Of a DNA stretch of 64,000 bases, positions 51,087-60,831 are shown piece by piece; the stretch's first letter is position 1; each line of letters opens with the position of its first letter. The DNA is from Deltaproteobacteria bacterium (GTDB taxonomy: Bacteria > Desulfobacterota > Binatia > UBA9968): positions 2,262 through 66,261 of the forward strand of contig JAUYJC010000630.1 of assembly GCA_030688735.1 (NCBI GenBank), given 5' to 3'. A model generated the notes under the pieces. That model did no database searches and was not told the DNA's origin. It saw nothing but the letters and a program-made list of their open reading frames with translations. Position numbers and translations under genes: made by a program.

Positions 51087-53015
51087 TCATGCTTTGACCC
51101 TCCGCACTTCAACCCAAGAGCCAGCAAGAAACCCGCTGGCCACCGACGAGATGAAGTCTAGGCTGGTTAAGTTGTCCGTGTTGCTGAGGTAGGACCCCAT
51201 AAGCTCGAACAGGTTAGTGGTCGTGCTGTTGTAGATAACATTGCACGTACCGCTGAACGTACGAAAACTTCCAGTTTCTCTCTCTACCAGGAACCGGAAA
51301 TCTGGGTAAATAACACATTGTGACGTGGCGCCGAGGCTCGCTATTTGTCCGGCGGCATCGGTCGTGGCCGCTCCTCCGTTGGAAGACCATCTTGTTGACA
51401 TGTTTGCCCCTGAGCCATTAGGCGCCACGTCAACCGTCTGACTGGCATTGCTCAGAATAAGCCTTCCGATGATCTCGTATTCCTCATCCAGGTCTCCGTT
51501 GAGCCCAGTGAGGGAGATGGTAGTCGCCGCAGCCGATAGCTTGGCTCGCGATACTACCCGGTCGTTTTGAGTAACCAAGGCGTTGTTGGTCAGATGGACT
51601 TGGACCGTGACTGCAGAAGGGACGCTGCCCGCGTTGTCGTAGCTCGTCGGCACGAACTCCACCGTTACATTCTCGTCGGCTGCAAAGCTAGCAACGCCAA
51701 TCGCTTCGCGAACTACTCGTGATGTTGGGTTGGTCGTATCGAGAACAGCGGTGAGCTTGGTGACACCGCCGACTTTGACGTTGACCGTGATGTCTCCAGC
51801 CGTGACCGCATCCTCGACTCGAGCTGAAATGCCAACGACCGAGCCACCGTAGATTGAATGGCCGACTGTTCGCTCGGTGGTTGCTAGTGCGCCCGGGTCC
51901 ACCGTCTCCACGGACATGCGCTCGTAGACGGCTGCCGTATCAGACCGCATGTTGGAGCGGGTTCGTCTCCAGAGAGAAAAGCGAGCGCCCGCCTTGATGG
52001 CATTGGCTACGGTTGCAACGATCTCAAGGCTCGTGATGTTCGTTGTGGTATCAGTCCAGGTCCCGCCTATGTCATTGGATCGATTATTGCTCGTGTAGTA
52101 TTGCTTCTGTGTCGCGAACCAAGTCCGGTTCTTGCCACTCTTGGCTAAGAGTTCTCCGCGTCCAACTAGTGGTTCGGTCGCCACAAGTGCTTGCCCTAAG
52201 TAGAGCCTACTGCCTGTGGTGATTCCAGTGGTGGTTCCATACCAGTGACGCGTTCCGTACTGATTGGTGGTTAAGCCATTCGGACGTAACTCAAAGTTGG
52301 TCGTGGCTCCTGGTGCTGGACCTGAATACGAGATCAGGTACTCCTCATCGACATCACCATCGAGAGCCCGACCGAAAGCGCCATCTCCACCAGCGCCGAA
52401 CATCACCGACGTGACATCGGCTAGAACCTCGATGCTATCGACGAACTCAAGCCCGCCAACGACGCTGGCCTGGACGGCACCGATTTCGTAGATGCTGAGG
52501 GCTGAACCATCGGCAATGATGTCTATCGTAGGAACTGTTGCATCTGCTGATCTGATTTCGTACTCAGAATCGATAGTAGGTGAAACCGGAATGCTAAGTG
52601 TTCCCGCCCCACCTGAGAAGGATGTTGCGTCAGCGTTGTATAAGCGTCTTCTTGATCCAGCTACCTCAGCACCAGCAGTCAGATCCCACAAGTGAAAGAC
52701 TCGTGCGGACGACACCGAATCGGAGATTCGTAGGGCGCAGGTAACCACGAACGTTTTGCCGGCCAGCAACGTGAAGCGCCCTACATTCGTGACTGTATCG
52801 ATGGTGATTCCGGTTCCACGGTAGCTCGCCACAGTGTTGAACAACACGGCACTGTTGATGGCAGGATTGAGTTGGTCCGCGCTCATCGTCGCATTCAGAT
52901 AGTCCCCCTGCGCCGTCGTCTTGTTCGCAACACTCGCCCACGCAGGGCCTGTAATGACCCCGCCATCATTGAACAGGACCTGATCAATTCCGCCTCTACG
53001 CGCGATGCTGGTCAT
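51087..53015 (-). CDS. fibre/spike protein
   Basis: 642 aa. N-terminus MTSIARRGGIDQVLF is shared with 49351..51036. Beta-rich body. Confidence 0.7.
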   Translation of the reverse strand: MTSIARRGGIDQVLFNDGGVITGPAWASVANKTTAQGDYLNATMSADQLNPAINSAVLFNTVASYRGTGITIDTVTNVGRFTLLAGKTFVVTCALRISDSVSSARVFHLWDLTAGAEVAGSRRRLYNADATSFSGGAGTLSIPVSPTIDSEYEIRSADATVPTIDIIADGSALSIYEIGAVQASVVGGLEFVDSIEVLADVTSVMFGAGGDGAFGRALDGDVDEEYLISYSGPAPGATTNFELRPNGLTTNQYGTRHWYGTTTGITTGSRLYLGQALVATEPLVGRGELLAKSGKNRTWFATQKQYYTSNNRSNDIGGTWTDTTTNITSLEIVATVANAIKAGARFSLWRRTRSNMRSDTAAVYERMSVETVDPGALATTERTVGHSIYGGSVVGISARVEDAVTAGDITVNVKVGGVTKLTAVLDTTNPTSRVVREAIGVASFAADENVTVEFVPTSYDNAGSVPSAVTVQVHLTNNALVTQNDRVVSRAKLSAAATTISLTGLNGDLDEEYEIIGRLILSNASQTVDVAPNGSGANMSTRWSSNGGAATTDAAGQIASLGATSQCVIYPDFRFLVERETGSFRTFSGTCNVIYNSTTTNLFELMGSYLSNTDNLTSLDFISSVASGFLAGSWVEVRRVKA

Positions 53016-53018
53016 GGG

Positions 53019-56000
53019 TTATTCCTGTACTTGTAGCCACGCTTCAACGTCGGTAGTGATTGGTGCGAACGATACCAATGTAGTGATCTCGATGCCTAGC
53101 TCATCGCCTGCCACGTAGGTATCAATGCCGGCAGCTTGAGTAGCTTGACCACCGGACGGGTTAGAGCCGCTTGTATGGACGATGGCCAGTGTCCCGCTGG
53201 CCCCATTCACTGTTACTTGAACGATGCAGCTACTTGCTGTGGCGTCCGTAATAGCCTCAGTGAACCGAGTGCCGAGTCCGACGATTGAACCAGCGCGAAT
53301 CATCTTGATCGTATCGAAGCTGGTCGAAACCATCGCTGATAGATCTACGTTGGCTTGTGAGGCCGCAACGTTCTGTTGATTCCACTTTTCCGGCGGGGAT
53401 GCTATGCCGCTGAGGGCGCTCAGGTTGACGCTAGCACCGCCTGTTCGCAACCATAGGTCTGTGCCGTTAATCCAAGCATCACCATCTACAGGCACTCCGG
53501 GAGCCCCATCGGTGCCCTTGAACCGCCAGCCGACACCAATGCGAAGGCTATCGTTGAGTGCGTTTACACCCGGCCCGAACTGGAAGGCGTTATTGCCCTG
53601 GGCATCGATGTCGGCGACCCCGGCGTAACCGAAAGCAACCGAGCCCGCCCCTGTTGCCAAGATTGAGTATGCTGCTTTAGCTGCTCCATGAGCGAAACCA
53701 CCTAGCCCTGACGAGGCAATTATTCCATTGAGTGCGTACCCAGAGGCGTGTGATCCACCACCAAAGGCTGCGATGTAGCCGGTACCACCTGGAGTCGTAA
53801 CTCGCGCGTACCCTTGAGCAAACGAACCCAAGCCTGACGATTGCAGATACACGGTCGGACCACCCGCGGCCACTGTGCGGGCGACGCCCATGGCGACGGA
53901 GCCCCAGTTAGTCGCGGTTACATCACCACCACTCGCCATTCCTTGCGCGAAGCTGCTGTATCCGGTTGCCAGTAGTTGCCCGTTTGATGCGAGGCCGAAG
54001 GCGAACGATGCGCTGCTTCCCAAGCCCGCCTGGAGCAAGCTCGGGCCTAGACTGCTGCCACATGAGCCGCCTGCAAATGACCCGTAGCCATACGCCAGGA
54101 TGGTGGCGTCTCTGCCAACAACAAAACCTGGTGAGATATCCCCAAACGCGAGCGACCCACCCCCGAACCCGCCGTATGCCTGTGCTCGGATGAGTCCTAC
54201 AGCATCCGCTACTTTAGTCGAACCAAAGGCAGTGCAGCCCTCGTCAGCCAGAATCGAGGAAGAATCGCCTGCGGTCACATAGGCCGAGTAGACATCACTT
54301 ACAACACCATGAGCAAAGCCACCTTCGCCCTGGGCACTGATAGTACCCGCCCCGCCCTTTACTCCTTGAGCAAGGCCGAAGGCTACGGCGCCGTCTGCTG
54401 TTGCTGAGATGGTGGCATCACTGCCGTAAACGTCATCTCCGTGAGTGTAGCCACCTGCATGGGCACCGTTGTTACTCGCAAGAATCTGTGAAGTGTTAGC
54501 ACCACTAGCTCGTGCATACCCAAAAGTTGTCGCACCCATTCCGCTGGCGTACATGAGTGCTGCGGCGGAATTCAATCCCCTTACTTTTCCAGAGGCAAAA
54601 GCACCGTCTTGCCATGCCCTGATATAAGCAGTTGCGGTAGTAGCCGCCCTAGCCCATCCCTGTGCAGTAGCTCCCTCCGCGTCTGCGGATATTTCCGCCG
54701 CCGAACCAACGGCTTCTACGGCATAACCACGGGCAAATGAACCCGGTTTATTGGCGAGTATGTAGGCACCATACGCCCACCCACGCGCATCGGAACCAGC
54801 ACCTCCAGCTACGATATAGCCACCGTCGCTTACGTAGCCCCGAGCCGTGTCACCATCATTACTAGCTCGAATGGCCCCTGTATTCTGAACTATGCCACTG
54901 GCGTGGGACCCACGGCCATTAGAGTTTATTTCACCAGCGTTGACTATGAACCCTTGTGCAAACGCTCCACGATCTGTGGCTTTGATTACGCCACCGCCTT
55001 GTGCGTAGCCACTTGCGTGCGCTCCGGCAAAACTAGCGAGGATGCTGCCATCAAGTGCAAAGCCTTGAGCGACCGCGCCGATTCCAGAACCAGTGATAGC
55101 CGCATTGGCTGTAGTGGCAGATGCAAAGCCCTGCGCCTGAGCACCCACTGCTGACGTGCTGATGTTGGCCGCATAACCACCACGAGCGTAGGCAGCTCCA
55201 AGCGCGAAGCTTCCATCCGTATTCAGGACGACTTGAGCGGTAGCTCCTGCGTCGGCGTCTACGAAGCCGGCGACAAAGCCGGTAGCCAGCAAGCTAACCG
55301 CCTCGGTACCACCCGAGCCCGCGCCCTCGGCGGCGAGTACGCCGGAGCCGGCGCCGACTACAGAGGTTGTCGGCGTACCGAGCCGAGGCAGTACGATTGG
55401 ATCGACAAATCCAGGGTTCGGGTACGTGCCATTGAGCATCCCGCCGGCCGGTCCAATGGGGGGACCGCCAGCCATAGCGGGGCTTGAAGAACCAATAGCA
55501 GCAACGGGAGTTCCGGGCGACTGTCCCGTTCCAATGCCCGTGCGACGGATGCGAAGCCTTTGACCGTTGAAGCGTTTGGTCTGTACTGAAGTGGCTCCCG
55601 TAAACGTCATTACGGGGTTCCAGCTCGTCAAATCCTCACTAATTTCGAGTGCAATTGCACCCTCAAACCGCCCTGAAATAATGACAGTAACGTTATCGTT
55701 ATAGCCAGAAATGTTGATCGCGGCACCAACACCATTACCTGCTGGCATCGTCAGTACACTAAAATTGGCAACGGTGACTTGCGCCGATACATCGACATTC
55801 GCAGTGCCACGGTTCTGCCGGTCGACACCAAGGCGTCGAACACGCATCAACTGAACAGTGAACGCTATTATTAGCTTGCCGGGCTTCGTGGCACTGATCA
55901 GCGGTCCCCAGGTAATACCACCGTCGTTGGAACCTTCAATGATGAGAGCACCCGTGAAGGTTCCTTGAACCGTGAGAGTCCTCAAACTGTCCATTGTCGA

Positions 56001-56066
56001 GGTATTCACCCCGGCGCCGACGCCATTGTCTGCTGGAACTGGTAGATTCGCTGTTACAGTGGCCAT
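53019..56066 (-). CDS. large fibre/spike protein with duplicated N-terminal domain and long YadA-like repeat region
   Basis: 1015 aa. Two ~95-aa N-terminal repeats (LPVPADNGVGAGVNTS / LTMPAGNGVGAAINIS), then hundreds of residues of GxxAxGxA-type repeats. Confidence 0.75.
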   Translation of the reverse strand: MATVTANLPVPADNGVGAGVNTSTMDSLRTLTVQGTFTGALIIEGSNDGGITWGPLISATKPGKLIIAFTVQLMRVRRLGVDRQNRGTANVDVSAQVTVANFSVLTMPAGNGVGAAINISGYNDNVTVIISGRFEGAIALEISEDLTSWNPVMTFTGATSVQTKRFNGQRLRIRRTGIGTGQSPGTPVAAIGSSSPAMAGGPPIGPAGGMLNGTYPNPGFVDPIVLPRLGTPTTSVVGAGSGVLAAEGAGSGGTEAVSLLATGFVAGFVDADAGATAQVVLNTDGSFALGAAYARGGYAANISTSAVGAQAQGFASATTANAAITGSGIGAVAQGFALDGSILASFAGAHASGYAQGGGVIKATDRGAFAQGFIVNAGEINSNGRGSHASGIVQNTGAIRASNDGDTARGYVSDGGYIVAGGAGSDARGWAYGAYILANKPGSFARGYAVEAVGSAAEISADAEGATAQGWARAATTATAYIRAWQDGAFASGKVRGLNSAAALMYASGMGATTFGYARASGANTSQILASNNGAHAGGYTHGDDVYGSDATISATADGAVAFGLAQGVKGGAGTISAQGEGGFAHGVVSDVYSAYVTAGDSSSILADEGCTAFGSTKVADAVGLIRAQAYGGFGGGSLAFGDISPGFVVGRDATILAYGYGSFAGGSCGSSLGPSLLQAGLGSSASFAFGLASNGQLLATGYSSFAQGMASGGDVTATNWGSVAMGVARTVAAGGPTVYLQSSGLGSFAQGYARVTTPGGTGYIAAFGGGSHASGYALNGIIASSGLGGFAHGAAKAAYSILATGAGSVAFGYAGVADIDAQGNNAFQFGPGVNALNDSLRIGVGWRFKGTDGAPGVPVDGDAWINGTDLWLRTGGASVNLSALSGIASPPEKWNQQNVAASQANVDLSAMVSTSFDTIKMIRAGSIVGLGTRFTEAITDATASSCIVQVTVNGASGTLAIVHTSGSNPSGGQATQAAGIDTYVAGDELGIEITTLVSFAPITTDVEAWLQVQE

Positions 56067-56073
56067 TGTTGCC

Positions 56074-56556
56074 TCACACGTCTCGGGCTATGTTGTCTTC
56101 GATAACAACCCGCCAATTGCAGATCGCATCGTGGGTACGACGGAGTTCAGGCTCAGTCTCCCAGGTGCATTGAATCGGGTCGTGAATGGAAATGACGCCG
56201 CGGAGCTGATCGATTGACGTGAGTCCAAGATCGGCAGCAAGCTCGGAATACTGTAGGCCAGTCTTCTTTGCGATCTTTTTGGGTAGCTCGTTGGCGCTAA
56301 AACTGAACGTTTTACGGTCTTGGGACACCTTCAAGGCGTTGTGACACTTCGGGCAGATCAGATGCAGATAGGCCGGAGCGTTAGGAAGAGTGTAGAGATC
56401 TAGGGTCAAAAGCCGGTCCTGCCAAAGTACAACGGGTTTTGCCGTCGCTGTATTGGTCAGGTTGTAGCCGGGCATCACCCCATTTTTCGGTTTGTAATCC
56501 GGGGTCGGGGGGTCTCCAGCTACCTGAAAGATCTCTTTTTCAAAGGGTTTTTTCAT
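56074..56556 (-). CDS. hypothetical protein
   Basis: 160-aa ORF with a CPKCH motif. Confidence 0.65.
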   Translation of the reverse strand: MKKPFEKEIFQVAGDPPTPDYKPKNGVMPGYNLTNTATAKPVVLWQDRLLTLDLYTLPNAPAYLHLICPKCHNALKVSQDRKTFSFSANELPKKIAKKTGLQYSELAADLGLTSIDQLRGVISIHDPIQCTWETEPELRRTHDAICNWRVVIEDNIARDV

Positions 56557-56565
56557 GCGGCGACT

Positions 56566-56985
56566 CTACCCCGCGGGCTTCTTTTTCATGAGCAGAAGTA
56601 GCGCCAAAAGACCGACCCCGCCGAGGGCGACGGGGATCACCCAGCTCGGCATTCCCGAGCCTGAGTTGATGGGCATCGGCGCCCCGATGCCTGGCTGCGG
56701 CTGCGGCGCGAAGACGGACATGAAGCCGGTGAGGAAGTTCGAGACCGCCCCGGTCTTGAACGGGTTCGCGACGCCAGAATTGGCGCACATGGCCTGGTTT
56801 TCGTACTTGCTCGTGCCAGCGTTGTAGCAGTTGCTCGGCTGAAGGTTGGGGCCGACGTTCTGCTGATTGGTCCAGTAGATGTTCGCGCCGATGAGTACGC
56901 AGGTCTTGTTGGCGACGCACGCTGGCGTGCTGACACCACTGAACGCCTGCTGGCCGATGAGTGTATTTCCTGCATGATATGTCAT
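56566..56985 (-). CDS. tail-anchored membrane protein
   Basis: ATG 56985 inside listed ORF 56566..57135. C-terminal WVIPVALGGVGLLALLLLMKKK. Confidence 0.6.
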   Translation of the reverse strand: MTYHAGNTLIGQQAFSGVSTPACVANKTCVLIGANIYWTNQQNVGPNLQPSNCYNAGTSKYENQAMCANSGVANPFKTGAVSNFLTGFMSVFAPQPQPGIGAPMPINSGSGMPSWVIPVALGGVGLLALLLLMKKKPAG

Positions 56986-56990
56986 GGTGA

Positions 56991-57623
56991 TTACCTTTTC
57001 TTGAGTAGCAGAAACAGAACGAGGGCGCCGCCACCGATGGCCAGAGGCAGAAAGAGCTTGCTCCCGCTGTTCGCTGGGAGGTCGATGGGAGCGAGCGGGG
57101 CTGAGACCGTGGCTGATCTCGGCTGGGGGTCCCACGGGGAAGAGGACACTGCAAGGGTCGGCGCGGCGATCCTGGCGTCCTGCTCCTGCTTAGCAACTGC
57201 GGCTTCGGCTTCGGCTGCGGCGAGTTCTTTTGCGGCTGCGGCTGCGTCGGCGGCGGCCTTTTCGGCGGCCTCGGCGCGCTCTTTGTTGCGCTCTTGCTTC
57301 GTGATGGGCTGTCTTCCGGCCGTGACGACCTTCGTCGACGTCCTCCCGCGAGCCCGGGCTGCCTCGCGAGCTTCCATAGCCCTGCGAGCCCGCTCTATCT
57401 TGGCCCTGGCAGCGGGATCGCCCGATGCTGTGACGGTGGTGGTGCGGGTGCGCCCCTCGGGGGGAGGGGACGATGTTCGCGTCAGGGTGCTCGTCGTCGG
57501 TGCGACCTTTGGTCGGCTGGTGAGGGCCGTGCCCGCGCCAGCGTAGGACAGAGCCCCCAGATCGGACGCAGCTACGGCCCCGGGGTAGCGAGTAGGACTG
57601 GTTCCGTCATTGCAATACGCCAT
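56991..57623 (-). CDS. tail-anchored membrane protein with Ala/Glu/Arg-rich helix
   Basis: 210 aa. C-terminal LFLPLAIGGGALVLFLLLKKR. Confidence 0.6.
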   Translation of the reverse strand: MAYCNDGTSPTRYPGAVAASDLGALSYAGAGTALTSRPKVAPTTSTLTRTSSPPPEGRTRTTTVTASGDPAARAKIERARRAMEAREAARARGRTSTKVVTAGRQPITKQERNKERAEAAEKAAADAAAAAKELAAAEAEAAVAKQEQDARIAAPTLAVSSSPWDPQPRSATVSAPLAPIDLPANSGSKLFLPLAIGGGALVLFLLLKKR

Positions 57624-57626
57624 TTT

Positions 57627-57989
57627 TCAAACCCTCCGCTTGCTTCGGCCAACTGAGAGACCCAAAGAGAAGATGGTGAACACGACCCCGGCGGCGATGA
57701 GGGCGGCGATGTAGGGTTTTTCCTTGGCTTTGACGTAGTAGCGGAGCGGGACCACAACATCTCGAAGACCGATGCCCTTACCAGGGAGGTAGTCCTTGGA
57801 GACGATGTTACACGCGCCAACTCGTTGCCCTTTTTCGATGGCCTGAAGTTTGAGAACTTGGCAGATGACCTCAGACAGATGCGGATCGGTCGTGACTGCG
57901 ATAAGAGCCCCGGCGGTGGACTTCACAGTGTCCTGCCAGGTGCCTTCTTTTGCGGTGAGTGGGTCTGTGGCTCCAACGGGGTAGTACAT
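57627..57989 (-). CDS. tail-anchored membrane protein
   Basis: ATG 57989 with AAGGA upstream. C-terminal YIAALIAAGVVFTIFSLGLSVG. Confidence 0.6.
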   Translation of the reverse strand: MYYPVGATDPLTAKEGTWQDTVKSTAGALIAVTTDPHLSEVICQVLKLQAIEKGQRVGACNIVSKDYLPGKGIGLRDVVVPLRYYVKAKEKPYIAALIAAGVVFTIFSLGLSVGRSKRRV

Positions 57990-58102
57990 CGTATTTCCTT
58001 CTCTTGGGCCGAGTGATTTAGATAGCCCGCCAACCAAAAACCGCGCAGCTCTCCGGTGTTCCGCAGTGACCTTCGTTTGGCAGGCTATCTAAATGACTCG
58101 GC

Positions 58103-58819
58103 CTATATACCTTTCTGAATCTGTCTGAACGCGAAGTACCCGAACACCACGACCACGGCGTAGGGGAGATATTTGAGGATGGTAAATCCGCCTTTTACCG
58201 CAGAAACAGCTACGTCAACCGCGGCTTTGATGGCCGGCGTCACGTCCTTCGCGGTGTACCAGCCCGCCTTGAAAAGTGTTTGTGTGCCCCACGGCATCAC
58301 CGAGATCCAACGCTCGAAATCACTTTGAATATTGACGACCGCCCAAAGTGTGCCGGAGAGGCCGATCACGTACCGAGAAACTGCGTCGTAGAAGCTAGCC
58401 GCAGTGGGGTACCAGACGTATTTGCCACCATCGGTGTAGAGTGCGGTTATGCGGACCAAACTGTCTACGGCACTGAAGTTTTCAACCAGCTTCGCGATGT
58501 CTTGAGAAAATCGGTAACGGTCGTTGATGGCACGTTGTTTTACGTCCGACCGACCGCTCATGCCCGTGGCGATGGCTTTATCACCGATGCTAATCCATGC
58601 CGCCGCGATTTCTCGAATTTGTGTGAGTGTCACCCGGGGGATGGACATCCCTCGCAACGTCATCGGGCCGTAGCTGCCCTCTTTGTTGCGCAGGTTGACC
58701 GCGAGACCTCCCCAAATTCGGATGGGGTCGACCGATTGTTGAGTGGTCTGCTCAACTGACTTGGTTCCGATTTGTTCCTGCGCCCAGTCGACGATGCTGC
58801 CTGCCGGTAGGTACGTCAT
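58103..58819 (-). CDS. membrane-associated hypothetical protein
   Basis: ATG 58819 with GAGGAAG upstream; 238 aa; hydrophobic C-terminal segment. Confidence 0.65.
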   Translation of the reverse strand: MTYLPAGSIVDWAQEQIGTKSVEQTTQQSVDPIRIWGGLAVNLRNKEGSYGPMTLRGMSIPRVTLTQIREIAAAWISIGDKAIATGMSGRSDVKQRAINDRYRFSQDIAKLVENFSAVDSLVRITALYTDGGKYVWYPTAASFYDAVSRYVIGLSGTLWAVVNIQSDFERWISVMPWGTQTLFKAGWYTAKDVTPAIKAAVDVAVSAVKGGFTILKYLPYAVVVVFGYFAFRQIQKGI

Positions 58820-58968
58820 TGCTTCTTCCTCATCACCCACCAGATCGCGATCCCGGCGACCGCAATCACCTTGAGTGGAAGCGAGATCGGGCGCGCACGA
58901 AGGCCACTCGCGTATTCAAGCTCGCGAGTGACCTCTTCCGTGGTGAGATCGGAAACAGGGAGGTACAC
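58816..58968 (-). CDS. small tail-anchored membrane protein (50 aa), tentative
   Basis: GTG 58968 with GGGAG upstream. C-terminal VIAVAGIAIWWVMRKK. Its stop overlaps the next ATG (ATGA). Confidence 0.45.
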   Translation of the reverse strand: MYLPVSDLTTEEVTRELEYASGLRARPISLPLKVIAVAGIAIWWVMRKKQ

Positions 58969-58977
58969 AGATACTCC

Positions 58978-59595
58978 CTACAGGTTGATGATGCGATAGC
59001 CGGGCAGGGTCACGCGGAGCACGCCGCCCTCGGTCGGGATCCCCGGAGTGGCGTTGAACGCGATATCTTCCAGCGTCGTGAAGAACTGAATGACCGTGTT
59101 CGGTGAGAACAGCGTCGGCACCGGCAGAGGCAGCGCGGCGTCGAACCGGCTGAGCAGCGGCAGCGCCGGCTCATTCTGGAACAGACGTTGCGAGCCCGAG
59201 TCAATCACCTCGTAGGAGATGTCGATCGCGTCGTTGTTGGCCGCGTCCTGCGTCGGCATCGGAGACGAGTAAATTGGAGACCAGCGACCGAAGTTGGTCG
59301 CGGTGGTGGGCAGGTTCGGCTTCCAGGCGACACACGGGTAGTGGGTCATCACGAAAGGACCGTCTTGGCTCACCAGGAAATTCAGAGGTGCCATTCGGGT
59401 ACCGGCGTCGGTAGCCACGAAGTTCCCCTCATCGGACAGGTTGTAGAAGATGCGGCGGCCTGGGAGGGCGTCGATCTCTTCTGTAATGGAAGGCGGTGTG
59501 CTCAGACAAGCCTTCAAGATCTCGCGGAGATCGTTGTCGAGCTTGTTCTGACGCTGGAGGACGGTGCGAATGATTGCGTTGATGTCGTTAGCCAT
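58978..59595 (-). CDS. candidate small capsid (jelly-roll-sized) protein B
   Basis: ATG 59595 with GGGAGA upstream; 205 aa; beta-rich. Follows the terminator after the neighbouring small beta-rich gene. The structural role is inferred only. Confidence 0.6.
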   Translation of the reverse strand: MANDINAIIRTVLQRQNKLDNDLREILKACLSTPPSITEEIDALPGRRIFYNLSDEGNFVATDAGTRMAPLNFLVSQDGPFVMTHYPCVAWKPNLPTTATNFGRWSPIYSSPMPTQDAANNDAIDISYEVIDSGSQRLFQNEPALPLLSRFDAALPLPVPTLFSPNTVIQFFTTLEDIAFNATPGIPTEGGVLRVTLPGYRIINL

Positions 59596-59654
59596 TTTGT
59601 TCTCCCAAAGGCGAGGGGTTCGATTGAATCGCTCTCGCAAAAACAACGAGGTGT

Positions 59655-59683
59655 GAAAAGGAGGCCGGAAAATCCGACCTCCT
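59655..59683 (-). terminator. intrinsic terminator on the minus strand
   Basis: Minus-strand AGGAGGTCGGA-ttt-TCCGGCCTCCT followed by TTTTC, directly after the stop at 59699. Confidence 0.65.
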
Positions 59684-59698
59684 GATCGGTTGTCTTCT

Positions 59699-60133
59699 CT
59701 ACTGAACGTCGCGGGTCTGAAGACCGTCGAAGATGTACTGGATGCACATCTGGTCGTCAGTAGCAGCCGAATTGAGCAAGGTGAGTGCGTTCGTGCCACC
59801 CATCGCGAAGAACTGCGCCTGGACGGCGATGTTCTGACGAACGGGGATCACGATAGGTCGAGCGAGTTTGAGAATGGATTCCTGGGTAGGCATACCATTC
59901 GAAAACACAGGCGCGACCGTTGCATTGCCACCCGAGTAAATTCCGCCACCTGCCGGATGATACCAACAGCCCGCAGAGAACTGCGGTTTGTCGCCGAGCT
60001 GGAACGTGAAATAGAGCTGGCTCGATACTTGATTGTACAAAGCTCGCGCATTCGTTCCGTCGAAGTAGAGGTAACAGCGAAGGGCGAGGACCACGTAGGT
60101 CTGGTCACTGGCAAGCTGTCCAGCGGACTGCAA
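59699..60133 (-). CDS. candidate small capsid (jelly-roll-sized) protein A
   Basis: 144 aa from TTG 60133. The frame stays open upstream to 60237 without any ATG/GTG/TTG. Beta-rich. A strong terminator follows it, as for a highly expressed gene. Confidence 0.55.
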   Translation of the reverse strand: MQSAGQLASDQTYVVLALRCYLYFDGTNARALYNQVSSQLYFTFQLGDKPQFSAGCWYHPAGGGIYSGGNATVAPVFSNGMPTQESILKLARPIVIPVRQNIAVQAQFFAMGGTNALTLLNSAATDDQMCIQYIFDGLQTRDVQ

Positions 60134-60249
60134 GTTCGTGAGACCAAATTGACCGACGTTGGCCGCACCGAACAGAGTCGACGGCGACGCAATAGCGGTT
60201 GCCGGCGCACCTGTAGTGCGGACGAGTGAATCCCAGACACCAGTTATTG

Positions 60250-60723
60250 CTAGTTGTTTATACTAGCTCTCCGAGTTTCCTCGGAGTGTCGGACTATATC
60301 ATCACCTGCTATATGCAGGGCCGGGCGCTCTTGGGGACCATTATTGTTGAGACTCAGGTCCCTAGTCTCTACACGTTCTTCCAAACCACCTAACTGACTA
60401 AAGTTAGGGCTCTTGAAAGCTTCGCTCGGGATTACCTCGCTGAGTAACTCAAAATACTCAGCAGGGGCTTCCCCGCCATTCCGCTTCACCGCCGACAGCG
60501 ATTCTAACACTGCAACATCTAGTGCATTTCGCTTATAGGCGCGGTGAGCACACGCACGCTGAAGAAACCACTTCACAACCTCACCCTCAACACGTTTAGC
60601 CGTGAGATAAGGAAGTAGCATCTCAGTGTCATACGTTTGCATAACGAAACAGTTTAATTCACCCGATTTTACAACCGCCCGTGGGCTACTTTGACGGTTG
60701 ATGACGACGTTCGCGAACACCAT
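60250..60723 (-). CDS. hypothetical protein in an AT-richer insert
   Basis: 157-aa ORF using TTA/ATA/GTA codons that are rare in the neighbours. A polypurine tract lies upstream. Confidence 0.6.
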   Translation of the reverse strand: MVFANVVINRQSSPRAVVKSGELNCFVMQTYDTEMLLPYLTAKRVEGEVVKWFLQRACAHRAYKRNALDVAVLESLSAVKRNGGEAPAEYFELLSEVIPSEAFKSPNFSQLGGLEERVETRDLSLNNNGPQERPALHIAGDDIVRHSEETRRASINN

Positions 60724-60831
60724 GAATACGAGGCATTTTTCTCTTTCTCTCTTTCTTAGTTGTTGTCTGTTTGATTTGGTCCCACCCCAACAACATTGCC
60801 GGGGCGTGGACCAGGCAGGTACCGCCTGCCT

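Noticed and set aside
49351-56066. A diversity-generating retroelement (template/variable repeat pair) acting on the fibre genes.
   Set aside because: No reverse transcriptase gene is recognisable anywhere in the window. The internal repeats are protein-level Gly/Ala motifs, not an adenine-specific TR/VR pair that I could identify.
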